Source: an uncultured Chthonomonadaceae bacterium (GTDB lineage Bacteria > Armatimonadota > Chthonomonadetes > Chthonomonadales > Chthonomonadaceae). Taken from it: DNA of 64,000 nt. Below the pieces are notes generated by a model that saw only the letters and a program-made list of their open reading frames with translations, did not search any database and was not told the DNA's origin. The translations under genes were made by a program, and so were the position numbers. The stretch spans positions 512,001 through 576,000 of the forward strand of contig CAWFQB010000003.1 in assembly GCA_963817895.1 (NCBI GenBank), written 5' to 3'. This document shows, piece after piece, positions 20,179 through 28,614 of this stretch (positions are counted from its first letter, which is position 1; every line of letters begins with the position of its first letter).

Positions 20179-21681
20179 ATGAGCAATCAACCCTCTAAAA
20201 ACAGCGAATTCTGCGGACGCACACGGCGCGAGTTTCTATGGGAGTCCGGCGCGGGCTTTACGGGACTTGCCCTGACCGGCCTGTTGTCGGCGGATGGCTT
20301 CTTCGCCCCTGCCGCTAATGCCGCCAACGCCTCCTTCCGAACACCGAACACCGAACACCGAACACCAACGCCCCTGAATCCCCTCTCCCCCAAACCCGCC
20401 ATGTTCCCGGCGAAAGCCAAAAGCGTGATTTTCCTGTACATGTACGGCGGGCCGAGCCAGATAGACACGTTCGACTACAAGCCCACGATGTACGGCATGG
20501 ACGGCAAGACCATTCAAATCAAGACGTTCGGGCGGGGCGGCCACAAGAACGAGGGGCGGATCATCGAGCCGAAATGGAAGTTCAAGCAGTACGGGCAGTG
20601 CGGCAAATGGGTGTCCGACCTGTTTCCCAATCTCGGCACATGCGTGGACGACATCGCGTTTCTGCACTCCATGACCGCCGATTCGCCCATTCACGGCTCG
20701 GCCATGCTGCAAATGAACTCCGGCAAAATTTTGTCGGGCAGTCCGTGCATAGGTTCATGGGTCAATTACGGTTTGGGAACTCTCAATCAAAACTTGCCCG
20801 GTTTTGTCGTGATGCTCGATCCGCGCGGCGGGCCGATAAGTGGCGCGAAAAACTGGAGCAGCGGCTACATGCCCGCGAGTTATCAGGCGACGGTTATGAA
20901 CGCGGGCGCGACTCCCATTCTTGACCTGAAGCGTCCGCAGGGGCAGACGGACGGGGCGCAGCGCGCGATTCTGGACACGCTGGGCGAATACAACCATGAA
21001 CACGAAACGCTTCACGCCGACAACTCCAACCTTGCCGCCCGCATTGCCAGTTATGAACTCGCGTACCGGATGCAGTCTGCCGCCCCCGAAGCCGTTGACA
21101 TCAATACTGAACCGGAATACATCAGGGAGTTGTACGGCATCAATGACAGGAAATCGGAAGTGTTCGGGCGGCAGTGCCTCATGGCGAGGCGGATGGTGGA
21201 GCGCGGTGTCCGCTTCATCCAACTGTATTCCGGCGGCAACCATACGGAAACCACATGGGACGCGCACAACGATATTACGGTCAACCACACCCTTCACGCG
21301 GGCGAAACCGACAAGCCCATAGCCGGCCTGCTTAAAGACCTGAAACAGCGCGGCCTGCTCGACAGCACCCTGATTGTATGGGGGGGAGAGTTCGGACGCC
21401 AGCCCACCGCAGAATACGCGGTTGGCACGGGCCGCGACCACAACGCTTATGGCTTTACGATGTGGATGGCGGGCGGCGGCATCAAGGGCGGCGTTTCCGT
21501 CGGTCAAACCGATGAATTGGGCAGCGCAGCGGTTGAAGACCCGTTCAAAGTGAAACATCTTCACGCCACGATTTTGCAGCAAATGGGCGTAGACCCGAAC
21601 CGGCTTGCCTATTTCTACGGCGGCTTAAACCAAAAACTCGTCGGCGTGGAGTACACGCCGCCTATCAGCCAGATTATCTAA
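20179..21681 (+). CDS. DUF1501 domain protein, Tat-like signal
   Basis: TRREFL, AKAKSVIFLYMYGGPSQIDTFDYKP, WDAH, GEFGR and GRDHN. Confidence 0.93.
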   Translation: MSNQPSKNSEFCGRTRREFLWESGAGFTGLALTGLLSADGFFAPAANAANASFRTPNTEHRTPTPLNPLSPKPAMFPAKAKSVIFLYMYGGPSQIDTFDYKPTMYGMDGKTIQIKTFGRGGHKNEGRIIEPKWKFKQYGQCGKWVSDLFPNLGTCVDDIAFLHSMTADSPIHGSAMLQMNSGKILSGSPCIGSWVNYGLGTLNQNLPGFVVMLDPRGGPISGAKNWSSGYMPASYQATVMNAGATPILDLKRPQGQTDGAQRAILDTLGEYNHEHETLHADNSNLAARIASYELAYRMQSAAPEAVDINTEPEYIRELYGINDRKSEVFGRQCLMARRMVERGVRFIQLYSGGNHTETTWDAHNDITVNHTLHAGETDKPIAGLLKDLKQRGLLDSTLIVWGGEFGRQPTAEYAVGTGRDHNAYGFTMWMAGGGIKGGVSVGQTDELGSAAVEDPFKVKHLHATILQQMGVDPNRLAYFYGGLNQKLVGVEYTPPISQII

Positions 21682-21694
21682 AAAGGACTTCTTC

Positions 21695-22663
21695 ATGCAC
21701 ATACCACGAATTGCGCTTACGCTCACCCTTTCCGCGCTTCTGCCCGCCACTTTCGGCTTCGCAAAGCCTGTCCATAAAGACGCCGCAGTGACGCACCGCG
21801 TACTCGCGCAGGACAAAGGCCATGTCGTAATTTTGAACGACAAGGGCGACGTGGAGTGGGAAGTACCCTGCCATTACACCTCTCACGACATTCAGATGCT
21901 GCCGAACGGCAACGTGCTGATCCATACCGGCGACACCACCATTGAAGAGATGACGCCGAGCAAGGTAGTGGTCTGGAAACACGTTTCCACGCCCAAAGAG
22001 GGATTCAACGGCCACGTTCAAATCCATGCCTTTGAGCGGCTCAAAGATGGTAATACGATGGTCGCGGAAACCGGCAACTTGCGCATTATCGAGGTGGACA
22101 AGAACGATAAAATCGTGCATGAAACCCCGATAACTGTAGACCATCCCAACGAACACCGCGACACGCGCCGGGTTCGCAAACTGGACAACGGCAATTATCT
22201 TGCCTGCCATGAGGGCGACGGCGTGGTGCGCGAATACGATCCGACCGGCAAAGTGGTCTGGTCCTACAAACTGGATTTGAACAGCAGGCCGGAAACTCCC
22301 GGACACGACGGACACGGAACCAATGTGTTCAACGCCATTCGCCTGAAAAACGGCAACACGCTCATCGGCGGCGGCAACAACAACCGCGTCATTGAGGTCA
22401 ACAAAGCGGGCGAAACCGTGTGGAGCGTGGATTACAATGAGCTTCCGGGGATTCATCTGTACTGGGTCACGGGTCTGCAAATGCTGCCCAACAACCATCT
22501 GGTCATCGGTAACACCCACGCCGGACCCGACAACCCCCAACTGATCGAAGTCACGCACGACAAAGAGAAAAAAGTCGTCTGGACCATGAAGAACATGACC
22601 TCCCTCGGCAACGACACCTGCGCCACCGAGATTCTGGACGTGAAGGGCAAAATACTGCGCTAA
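21695..22663 (+). CDS. Secreted beta-propeller protein (PQQ-like / arylsulfotransferase-like repeats)
   Basis: Signal peptide and repeated RLxNGNTL...E...G.VVW units. Confidence 0.75.
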   Translation: MHIPRIALTLTLSALLPATFGFAKPVHKDAAVTHRVLAQDKGHVVILNDKGDVEWEVPCHYTSHDIQMLPNGNVLIHTGDTTIEEMTPSKVVVWKHVSTPKEGFNGHVQIHAFERLKDGNTMVAETGNLRIIEVDKNDKIVHETPITVDHPNEHRDTRRVRKLDNGNYLACHEGDGVVREYDPTGKVVWSYKLDLNSRPETPGHDGHGTNVFNAIRLKNGNTLIGGGNNNRVIEVNKAGETVWSVDYNELPGIHLYWVTGLQMLPNNHLVIGNTHAGPDNPQLIEVTHDKEKKVVWTMKNMTSLGNDTCATEILDVKGKILR

Positions 22664-22671
22664 CGGACTAT

Positions 22672-22810
22672 TACTCTGTCAAGGTAGACCAGTCAGGTAG
22701 GTGCGCTGCTTGCTGCGCCCTGCATTCCTCATTGCCGCGCCCCCGTTTGAGGAGGGTTCAGCAAGCAGAACCCCTACCTGACTGGTCTACTATCCTACCT
22801 TGACGGAGTA
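22672..22810. repeat. Nested inverted-repeat element containing a GTAG-type REP doublet (REPIN/MITE-like)
   Basis: Outer IR TACTCTGTCAAGGTAG/CTACCTTGACGGAGTA and inner IR GTAGACCAGTCAGGTAGG/CCTACCTGACTGGTCTAC. One REP core recurs at about 34855-34877. Confidence 0.75.
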
Positions 22811-22961
22811 GCGCGTTATCAAAGTGTTACCGGGGCAGGAACCGCGCGGTTCCCGCCCCACTTCTGTTTACAAACCAAAGAGCGCGTTCCTGATGCCGAC
22901 AAATGCGGTTGTGGTTCGTATGCAAGCATACCTAAATCCACTTCATCAAAGGTTCAGCATC

Positions 22962-25523
22962 ATGGTAACAATCAAGCCACACCGTTGGGCATTTGCAACG
23001 ACCGGTTTCCCCGCCGCGCTTTCCATTCTTTCCACCGGGTTGCTGCTGCGCGCGTCCCTGTGTGTTCAAGCGCAGCAGGCGACACCGCCCGCCCCCCGCT
23101 CGTTTGAAGCGATTGCCGTTTCCACAGGCGAAATTCACTGCTACTGGCTTCCCGCATCTGGCGCAACCGGCTACCGGCTGACACGCGACGGGCAGACGAT
23201 TGCGTCTCTGCCTCCCACCGCGCAGGACTATGCCGATAAAAGCCTGTCCTCCAACACCGTCCATCACTATGCTATTATGGCCTTACAGGGCGAACTTGCT
23301 TCTACCCCCCGCGAAGATGTAGACTGCACGTTTACACCTTTCGGAGAAGACAGAAGACAGAAGACAGCAGGAAAGCCTTCATCCTTCATCCTTCATCCTT
23401 CATCCTTTGATGTTGTGATTGTACAGGCATCTTCGGGTGGAGTTGCCGCAGCGGTGGAGGCGGCGCGGCGGGGTCTGAAAGTGGCGCTTGTGGAGCCGAC
23501 AACCCGATTGGGCGGGATGCCTGTCAATGGCCTGAGTTCGACGGATATACGCCGGGATTATCACGCCAGCGGGTTTCTTGTCCGGTTCGCGGATCGCGTA
23601 AAGCAGTTGTACTCGCAGGAGGGCGTGAAAACGGACGGACTGCGCTATGAGCCGCGCATCGCCCACAACGCTATGAAGTCCCTTGTCTTCGAACAGCCGA
23701 ATATTACGGTTTTTCGCCATGCGCGGCTGTCGCGGGTAAAAACGGAGCGGAGCGCGATTACTTCCAATCGCAGGCGTGTCACTGCCGTTGAAATCGAGGA
23801 GATTGACGGGCAGAACAAGCCGACAGGCGGGCGTATGGAACTCGCCGCGCCCATGTTTATAGATGCGACGGATTGCGGCGATCTGGCCGCGCTTGCGGGC
23901 GCGAAGTTCCGGGTGGGGCGGGAAGCGCGTAGCAAGCGCGAACCGCACAACGGCGTGATCTATTACGACCGCGCCCGCGACAGTCCGCTTCCCGGCAGCA
24001 CGGGCGCAGGCGACAGACGGATACAATCCTACGCCTACCTGTTCGTGGTCAAGGATTATGGCCCGAATGTGGATAAAACCATACCGAAACCACCGGGTTA
24101 CAGACGCGAGGACTTTATCCACTCGCCCGCGTGGAAAGATTCGTGGGCGTTTACATCGGGCAAACTGCCACAGGGCAAGTATGAACTGAATCAGCATCCG
24201 CAGGGTGGCGACTTGCAGGAGATCAATTACGCCTACCCCACCGCCGATTACGCCACCCGCGACCGGATTGAACGGGAATATCGCGACCACGTATTGGGCT
24301 ACCTGTACTACATTCAAACCGAGCAGGGACAAAAGCAACTGGGCGCGCCGGATGATGAGTACCGCGACACCAATGGCTTTCCGCCCCTGCTGTATGTGCG
24401 CGAGGGTCGGCGTATTATTGGGGAGCAGTTGCCGGACGAGTCCGATGTGACCAATGCCCGCTCTTTTGTCCGCCCGGAAAGCGTCGGCATCGGCGATTAT
24501 CCGATGGACTCCCATGCCGTTCGCGTCAAAACCGATTGGGATCGCCCGGACATGGGCGAGGGCGAGTGGTGGCTGTACAAAGAAACGCCCTGGCATCAAC
24601 TGCCGCTCGGAATTCTAATTCCAAAAGGCTTGGATAACGTATGGGTCACAACGGCGGTATCGTCCACGCACGTCAGTTTCGGCACGTACCGTTTGGAGCC
24701 GGTACGCATGGAATTCGGGCAGGCGGCCGCGATTGGCGCATATTTAGGCATCCGGTATCACAAAATCGCCCGCGACGTTCCCGCCCGACAAATACAGGAT
24801 GAGATGCTGCCCCACGCCGCGAATCTCAATCCCGATCCCTCCCTGATGCTGTCGTACCTCTCAGACGTGAAGCCGACAACCCGCCACTACCGCGCCATTC
24901 AGTACCTCGTCTCGCGGGGCTTTACCTTTGGGGAAGAGACTTTCAAACCCGACGCGCCCACAACCGGCAAAGAACTGGCGCAGATGCTGCAAAAACTGAC
25001 GGAACGCGCCGCGCCGTCAGAGCAGCCGTTGGGAAGCGTAGAGTTGGGAAATGGAATGACCCTGCAAACTGTTGTACGCGGCTATTATCCGTACATGGGC
25101 GCAGCCGCCGATTTCAATGCCGCGCGCGAGTGCCTGCAAACGCTGAATACCGACACGCCGATAACGCGCCATGACGCGGCAAACTGGCTGATGCGCGTCC
25201 TGAACTGGCAAACGCCCCGCATCGCCGGAGCCACACACTACGCCGATGTGGACGCGAATACCTCTACCGCAGCGGAAACGCTCTACGACCACAACATCAC
25301 TTCGGAGTTGTGGGACGGGTTGGGACACCGAACCCCGGAAGACAGGCTGCTGTTCAAGCCGGACGCGCCCCTCTCTCACGCCGATCTATTCGCCGCCCTG
25401 TATCTGGCCCAAATTGGGCTTGGCCCTCTGTTCAACGACAACCCCGTAGACGGCAGAAACGGCTTTCCTGTGCCGCCCGCCGTTTATCAGACCGTGACCA
25501 AAGAAGCCGTAAGAGGCAGTTGA
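22962..25523 (+). CDS. Secreted FAD-dependent oxidoreductase with N-terminal FN3-like and C-terminal SLH-like domains
   Basis: DVVIV..SSGGVAAAVEAARRG, FIDATDCGDLA, YVREGRRI, SSTHVSFGTYRLEP and FKPDAP repeats. Confidence 0.85.
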   Translation: MVTIKPHRWAFATTGFPAALSILSTGLLLRASLCVQAQQATPPAPRSFEAIAVSTGEIHCYWLPASGATGYRLTRDGQTIASLPPTAQDYADKSLSSNTVHHYAIMALQGELASTPREDVDCTFTPFGEDRRQKTAGKPSSFILHPSSFDVVIVQASSGGVAAAVEAARRGLKVALVEPTTRLGGMPVNGLSSTDIRRDYHASGFLVRFADRVKQLYSQEGVKTDGLRYEPRIAHNAMKSLVFEQPNITVFRHARLSRVKTERSAITSNRRRVTAVEIEEIDGQNKPTGGRMELAAPMFIDATDCGDLAALAGAKFRVGREARSKREPHNGVIYYDRARDSPLPGSTGAGDRRIQSYAYLFVVKDYGPNVDKTIPKPPGYRREDFIHSPAWKDSWAFTSGKLPQGKYELNQHPQGGDLQEINYAYPTADYATRDRIEREYRDHVLGYLYYIQTEQGQKQLGAPDDEYRDTNGFPPLLYVREGRRIIGEQLPDESDVTNARSFVRPESVGIGDYPMDSHAVRVKTDWDRPDMGEGEWWLYKETPWHQLPLGILIPKGLDNVWVTTAVSSTHVSFGTYRLEPVRMEFGQAAAIGAYLGIRYHKIARDVPARQIQDEMLPHAANLNPDPSLMLSYLSDVKPTTRHYRAIQYLVSRGFTFGEETFKPDAPTTGKELAQMLQKLTERAAPSEQPLGSVELGNGMTLQTVVRGYYPYMGAAADFNAARECLQTLNTDTPITRHDAANWLMRVLNWQTPRIAGATHYADVDANTSTAAETLYDHNITSELWDGLGHRTPEDRLLFKPDAPLSHADLFAALYLAQIGLGPLFNDNPVDGRNGFPVPPAVYQTVTKEAVRGS

Positions 25524-25549
25524 CAACCACCAGAGAAGCGTTTGATTAA

Positions 25550-25683
25550 GAGACTCTCACGAAAATAACTGTTCCAGTCCGCGCAGGCGGACTTTGTTAC
25601 CGGGCGTCCACCCGCAGGGAAGGACACAGCCGCGCAATTTATTGCACGGACTCACGCGGAACGATTTAATCTTTGAGAGTCCC
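25550..25683. mobile_element. MITE-like element, family C
   Basis: GAGACTCTCA / TGAGAGTCCC ends with TAA on both sides; internal palindrome GTCCGCGCAGGCGGAC. Confidence 0.55.
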
Positions 25684-25722
25684 TAACTCTCTGGTGATTG
25701 TACAGGAAGAGTGAGAAGCCGT

Positions 25723-27306
25723 TTAGCGTGATAGGAACACGGCTTTGTTTGTTGCGGGTTTGTTCTGTGACGCGGCGACGCTGTTGGTGAGTCTGTTGAT
25801 GGCCGCGAGTTCCTGCTGCTGCGCTTGCTTTAAGGCGGACAATTCCGCTCGTTGGGCTTGCAGGGCAACGTTTTGCTTTTCGACGACAGCTTTCAGCGCG
25901 GCGATTTCTTCAGCCTGCTTCGTTTTCATTGTTTCCTGCTGTTTGTGAGCCTTCTGAAGTTCATTGAGGATCATGGGCGTGAGCAGGTGATAGTAGATGG
26001 TGAAGGGCTTACCGAATTTGTCGTACTGCACGAGGTCAGGGTACACCTTCGCCACCTCTTCGGCAATCAAGCCGTACTGCTGCGGGCGCGTTCCATCGGC
26101 TGCGGCCTGTTTGTAGCGGAAGGCGACGGGACGCAACTGCATCAGCTTGTCACTGGTACTGCCTATGTCCTGAATGTTGGTCTTAAAGCGGCGCGACGAG
26201 GTAATCGTTCCCAGTTGCCCGTTGCCATTGATGTAGACGGGAACGCCGTTGCCAATGTTGACGCCGTTCACACCGGCAACGAGGGTCGCGTTGTGAACGC
26301 CCGCCGAACCAATGCGGATGATGCCGGTTTCTCCGGCTGCGCCGGCATTGCCGATGTCAATGTTGTTGTGGCCGACCGTAAGGTTCTGGCCCGCGCCGAA
26401 GCCGATGGCGATGTTGTTGTTGCCCGTCGTGCTGGTATACAGCGCATAGTCGCCCAGAGCGGTGTTGTACGCGCCGGTAGTGTTTGCCGCCAGAGCATTC
26501 ACGCCACTCGCCATGTTGTAGTATCCGGTGTTGTTTCGGCTCAGAGCATTGATGCCGAAGGCGCAGTTTTGGTAGCCATTGGAGTTTAATCCTAAAGCGG
26601 CCTGTCCAACCGCCGTATTCGCGTATCCTATCAGGTTTAAGGAGAGAGCAGAGTAGCCGACAGCAACGTTATAAGAGCCGGTATTGTTGCTGCCAAGCGC
26701 GTAGGAACCGACCGCTGTGTTCAGGGAACCTTCGCCATTCCATTGCAGAGCGTAACTGCCGACAGCGGTGTTGCTGCTTCCTGTCGGGTTTCCGATGGGA
26801 TTGCCGTTGTCCGGTGTCGAACTGGAAAGAGCGAAAAGACCAACCGCTGTGTTCGCGCTGCCTGTGGTGAGCCGGGCCATCGCTCCTGACCCGTAAGCCG
26901 TGTTGGAGCTTCCGGTGGTATTGTTGTAGAGCGCCGAACCCCCGCCCGCCGTATTGTAATTACCCGTCGTATTGGACGCGAGGGCGTTTACGCCAAAAGC
27001 AGAGTTGTCGAAACCTGTTGTGTTGGAAAACAGAGCCATCGCGCCGGTCGCGGTGTTGGAGTACCCTGTCGTATTTGCCGGAAGCGCCTGCAAACCGAGG
27101 GCCGTATTCTGGGTTCCCTCGGTATTGTTGGACAGAGCCTGGTAGCCAAAAGCCAGGTTGGGCGTGTTTGTAGCCGGGTTGGTGGCGCCACCCGAACCGA
27201 AGAAAGTGGATTGTGCCAGCGCTACCAGGGGTACGAGGAGCAGACCCGACACGAGCGCGCCTTTCAGCAGGCGAGTGGAACGGGAGGGACGCGAATCAGG
27301 ATTCAT
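25723..27306 (-). CDS. Secreted tail-fibre-like repeat protein with peptidase S74 intramolecular chaperone domain
   Basis: Signal peptide, tandem 14-aa NTAxGxxALxxNTTG repeats, SSRRFKTNI...LRPV..Y...GLIAEEV and a C-terminal coiled coil. Confidence 0.88.
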   Translation of the reverse strand: MNPDSRPSRSTRLLKGALVSGLLLVPLVALAQSTFFGSGGATNPATNTPNLAFGYQALSNNTEGTQNTALGLQALPANTTGYSNTATGAMALFSNTTGFDNSAFGVNALASNTTGNYNTAGGGSALYNNTTGSSNTAYGSGAMARLTTGSANTAVGLFALSSSTPDNGNPIGNPTGSSNTAVGSYALQWNGEGSLNTAVGSYALGSNNTGSYNVAVGYSALSLNLIGYANTAVGQAALGLNSNGYQNCAFGINALSRNNTGYYNMASGVNALAANTTGAYNTALGDYALYTSTTGNNNIAIGFGAGQNLTVGHNNIDIGNAGAAGETGIIRIGSAGVHNATLVAGVNGVNIGNGVPVYINGNGQLGTITSSRRFKTNIQDIGSTSDKLMQLRPVAFRYKQAAADGTRPQQYGLIAEEVAKVYPDLVQYDKFGKPFTIYYHLLTPMILNELQKAHKQQETMKTKQAEEIAALKAVVEKQNVALQAQRAELSALKQAQQQELAAINRLTNSVAASQNKPATNKAVFLSR

Positions 27307-27339
27307 GAGCAACTCCTTCGCGGATTGGAAAAAGTCCGC

Positions 27340-27442
27340 GTAAACACAGAATGGACAAATCACATAAATATTGAACGATGATGAGAGGGATTCCTGCCAC
27401 TCAAGGTCCAACTTTTATGCGATTTGTCCATTCTGTGTTTAC
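27340..27442. repeat. 29-bp inverted repeat with 45-bp spacer upstream of the S74 gene
   Basis: GTAAACACAGAATGGACAAATCACATAAA and its reverse complement with one mismatch. Confidence 0.8.
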
Positions 27443-27601
27443 AGATTATGGCGGCGAAGTCTGCGGACACAGACACCGACTTTGCTGCTGTCAATCTTGT
27501 ATTCAGGTTCCTATCCCGATAGGTTCCCCTTCTCCCAAAGTTGGGAGAAGGGGTATGTCCACAAGTGGATGCCATCCATTGAGGGCCATCAGGATAGTCT
27601 C

Positions 27602-28327
27602 TTAGTTGTTCGCGCCCGCGCCGCCTGCCGGGGGCGCGGTTCCCGTATCCGCGTGTTCCTTATCGTATTTGTCTATTTGCGCGCGCTGTTCGGGCGTGAG
27701 CAGGGCCAGAATCTTATCCCGGTTCTCCTTCAGCATCGCGCGGCGCTGTTCGCCCGTCATGGCTGTACCCGCCTGCTGCGCGTCGCGGGTTTTCTGCCGC
27801 ATGGAACGCTGATTTTGCGTCGCCTGCTCCGCGATTTTCTGCCTCTGCTCGTCGGTCAATTTCAAATCCGCCATCAGCGCGAGGGGCAGGCCGGAACGCT
27901 GATACACGCCGACATTCCGCTTGAAGTCCGGCAGCATCTTTTTCTGGTCGTCAGTCAGAATCGCTTCGATGTCGGCATCGGCTTTGTTGGTCATGTCGAG
28001 CCGTTTGCCATTGGCTTCGCGCACGGCAGCCGCGTTCCCCTGCTGATCGGGCGGCAGCACGAGCGTCTTGTAGTCCGCCGCGCGTTTATCCAACACCGCC
28101 TGAACTTTCGTCTTCTGGTCGTCGCTCAATTTCAGCGTCTGATCCATCTGCGCGATGGACAGATCGGACACATGCACGACCTGCGCGGCCTGCCTGCGCT
28201 GCGCGGCGTTCGCGGGCGGCTGCGCCCCCACTGTGGTTTGCCCATTGTCCTGCGCCCACGCGCCTGTGCTTCCCAACGTTAAAGTCAATGTCGCCAAACC
28301 GAATAATCCTGATATTTTCGTTCTCAT
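27602..28327 (-). CDS. Periplasmic Spy/CpxP-like (LTxxQ) protein
   Basis: Signal peptide and LSDDQK, LTDDQK, LTDEQR and LTPEQR motifs. Confidence 0.75.
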   Translation of the reverse strand: MRTKISGLFGLATLTLTLGSTGAWAQDNGQTTVGAQPPANAAQRRQAAQVVHVSDLSIAQMDQTLKLSDDQKTKVQAVLDKRAADYKTLVLPPDQQGNAAAVREANGKRLDMTNKADADIEAILTDDQKKMLPDFKRNVGVYQRSGLPLALMADLKLTDEQRQKIAEQATQNQRSMRQKTRDAQQAGTAMTGEQRRAMLKENRDKILALLTPEQRAQIDKYDKEHADTGTAPPAGGAGANN

Positions 28328-28614
28328 ATCTTTCCCTTTCTAAAAACCAGTCTCACAAGTCCGCCAGAATCCTCTCCAGCTTGCTCTCTTTTCCGTTACG
28401 CCCATACCATACAATCGTTCTCAACGTTGTCGAGATTCGGACATTCAGACATTCTTATGCCACCTGAAATTTTTATTAAATTATTAAAAATATAACTTTT
28501 AACTAGCATAAATAACGCCGGACAAGGTATACTATCCGAGCAGGCATAATATCATCCTGATTGTCATGCGCGTTCAAGGCAAACCACGCCGCTAAAATTC
28601 ACCGGAGTCTGACC

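Noticed and set aside
26400..27150. Periodic DNA repeats resembling a CRISPR array
   Set aside because: The 42-bp periodicity is degenerate and in frame, reflecting the 14-aa protein repeats. There are no identical repeats with unique spacers and no cas genes.
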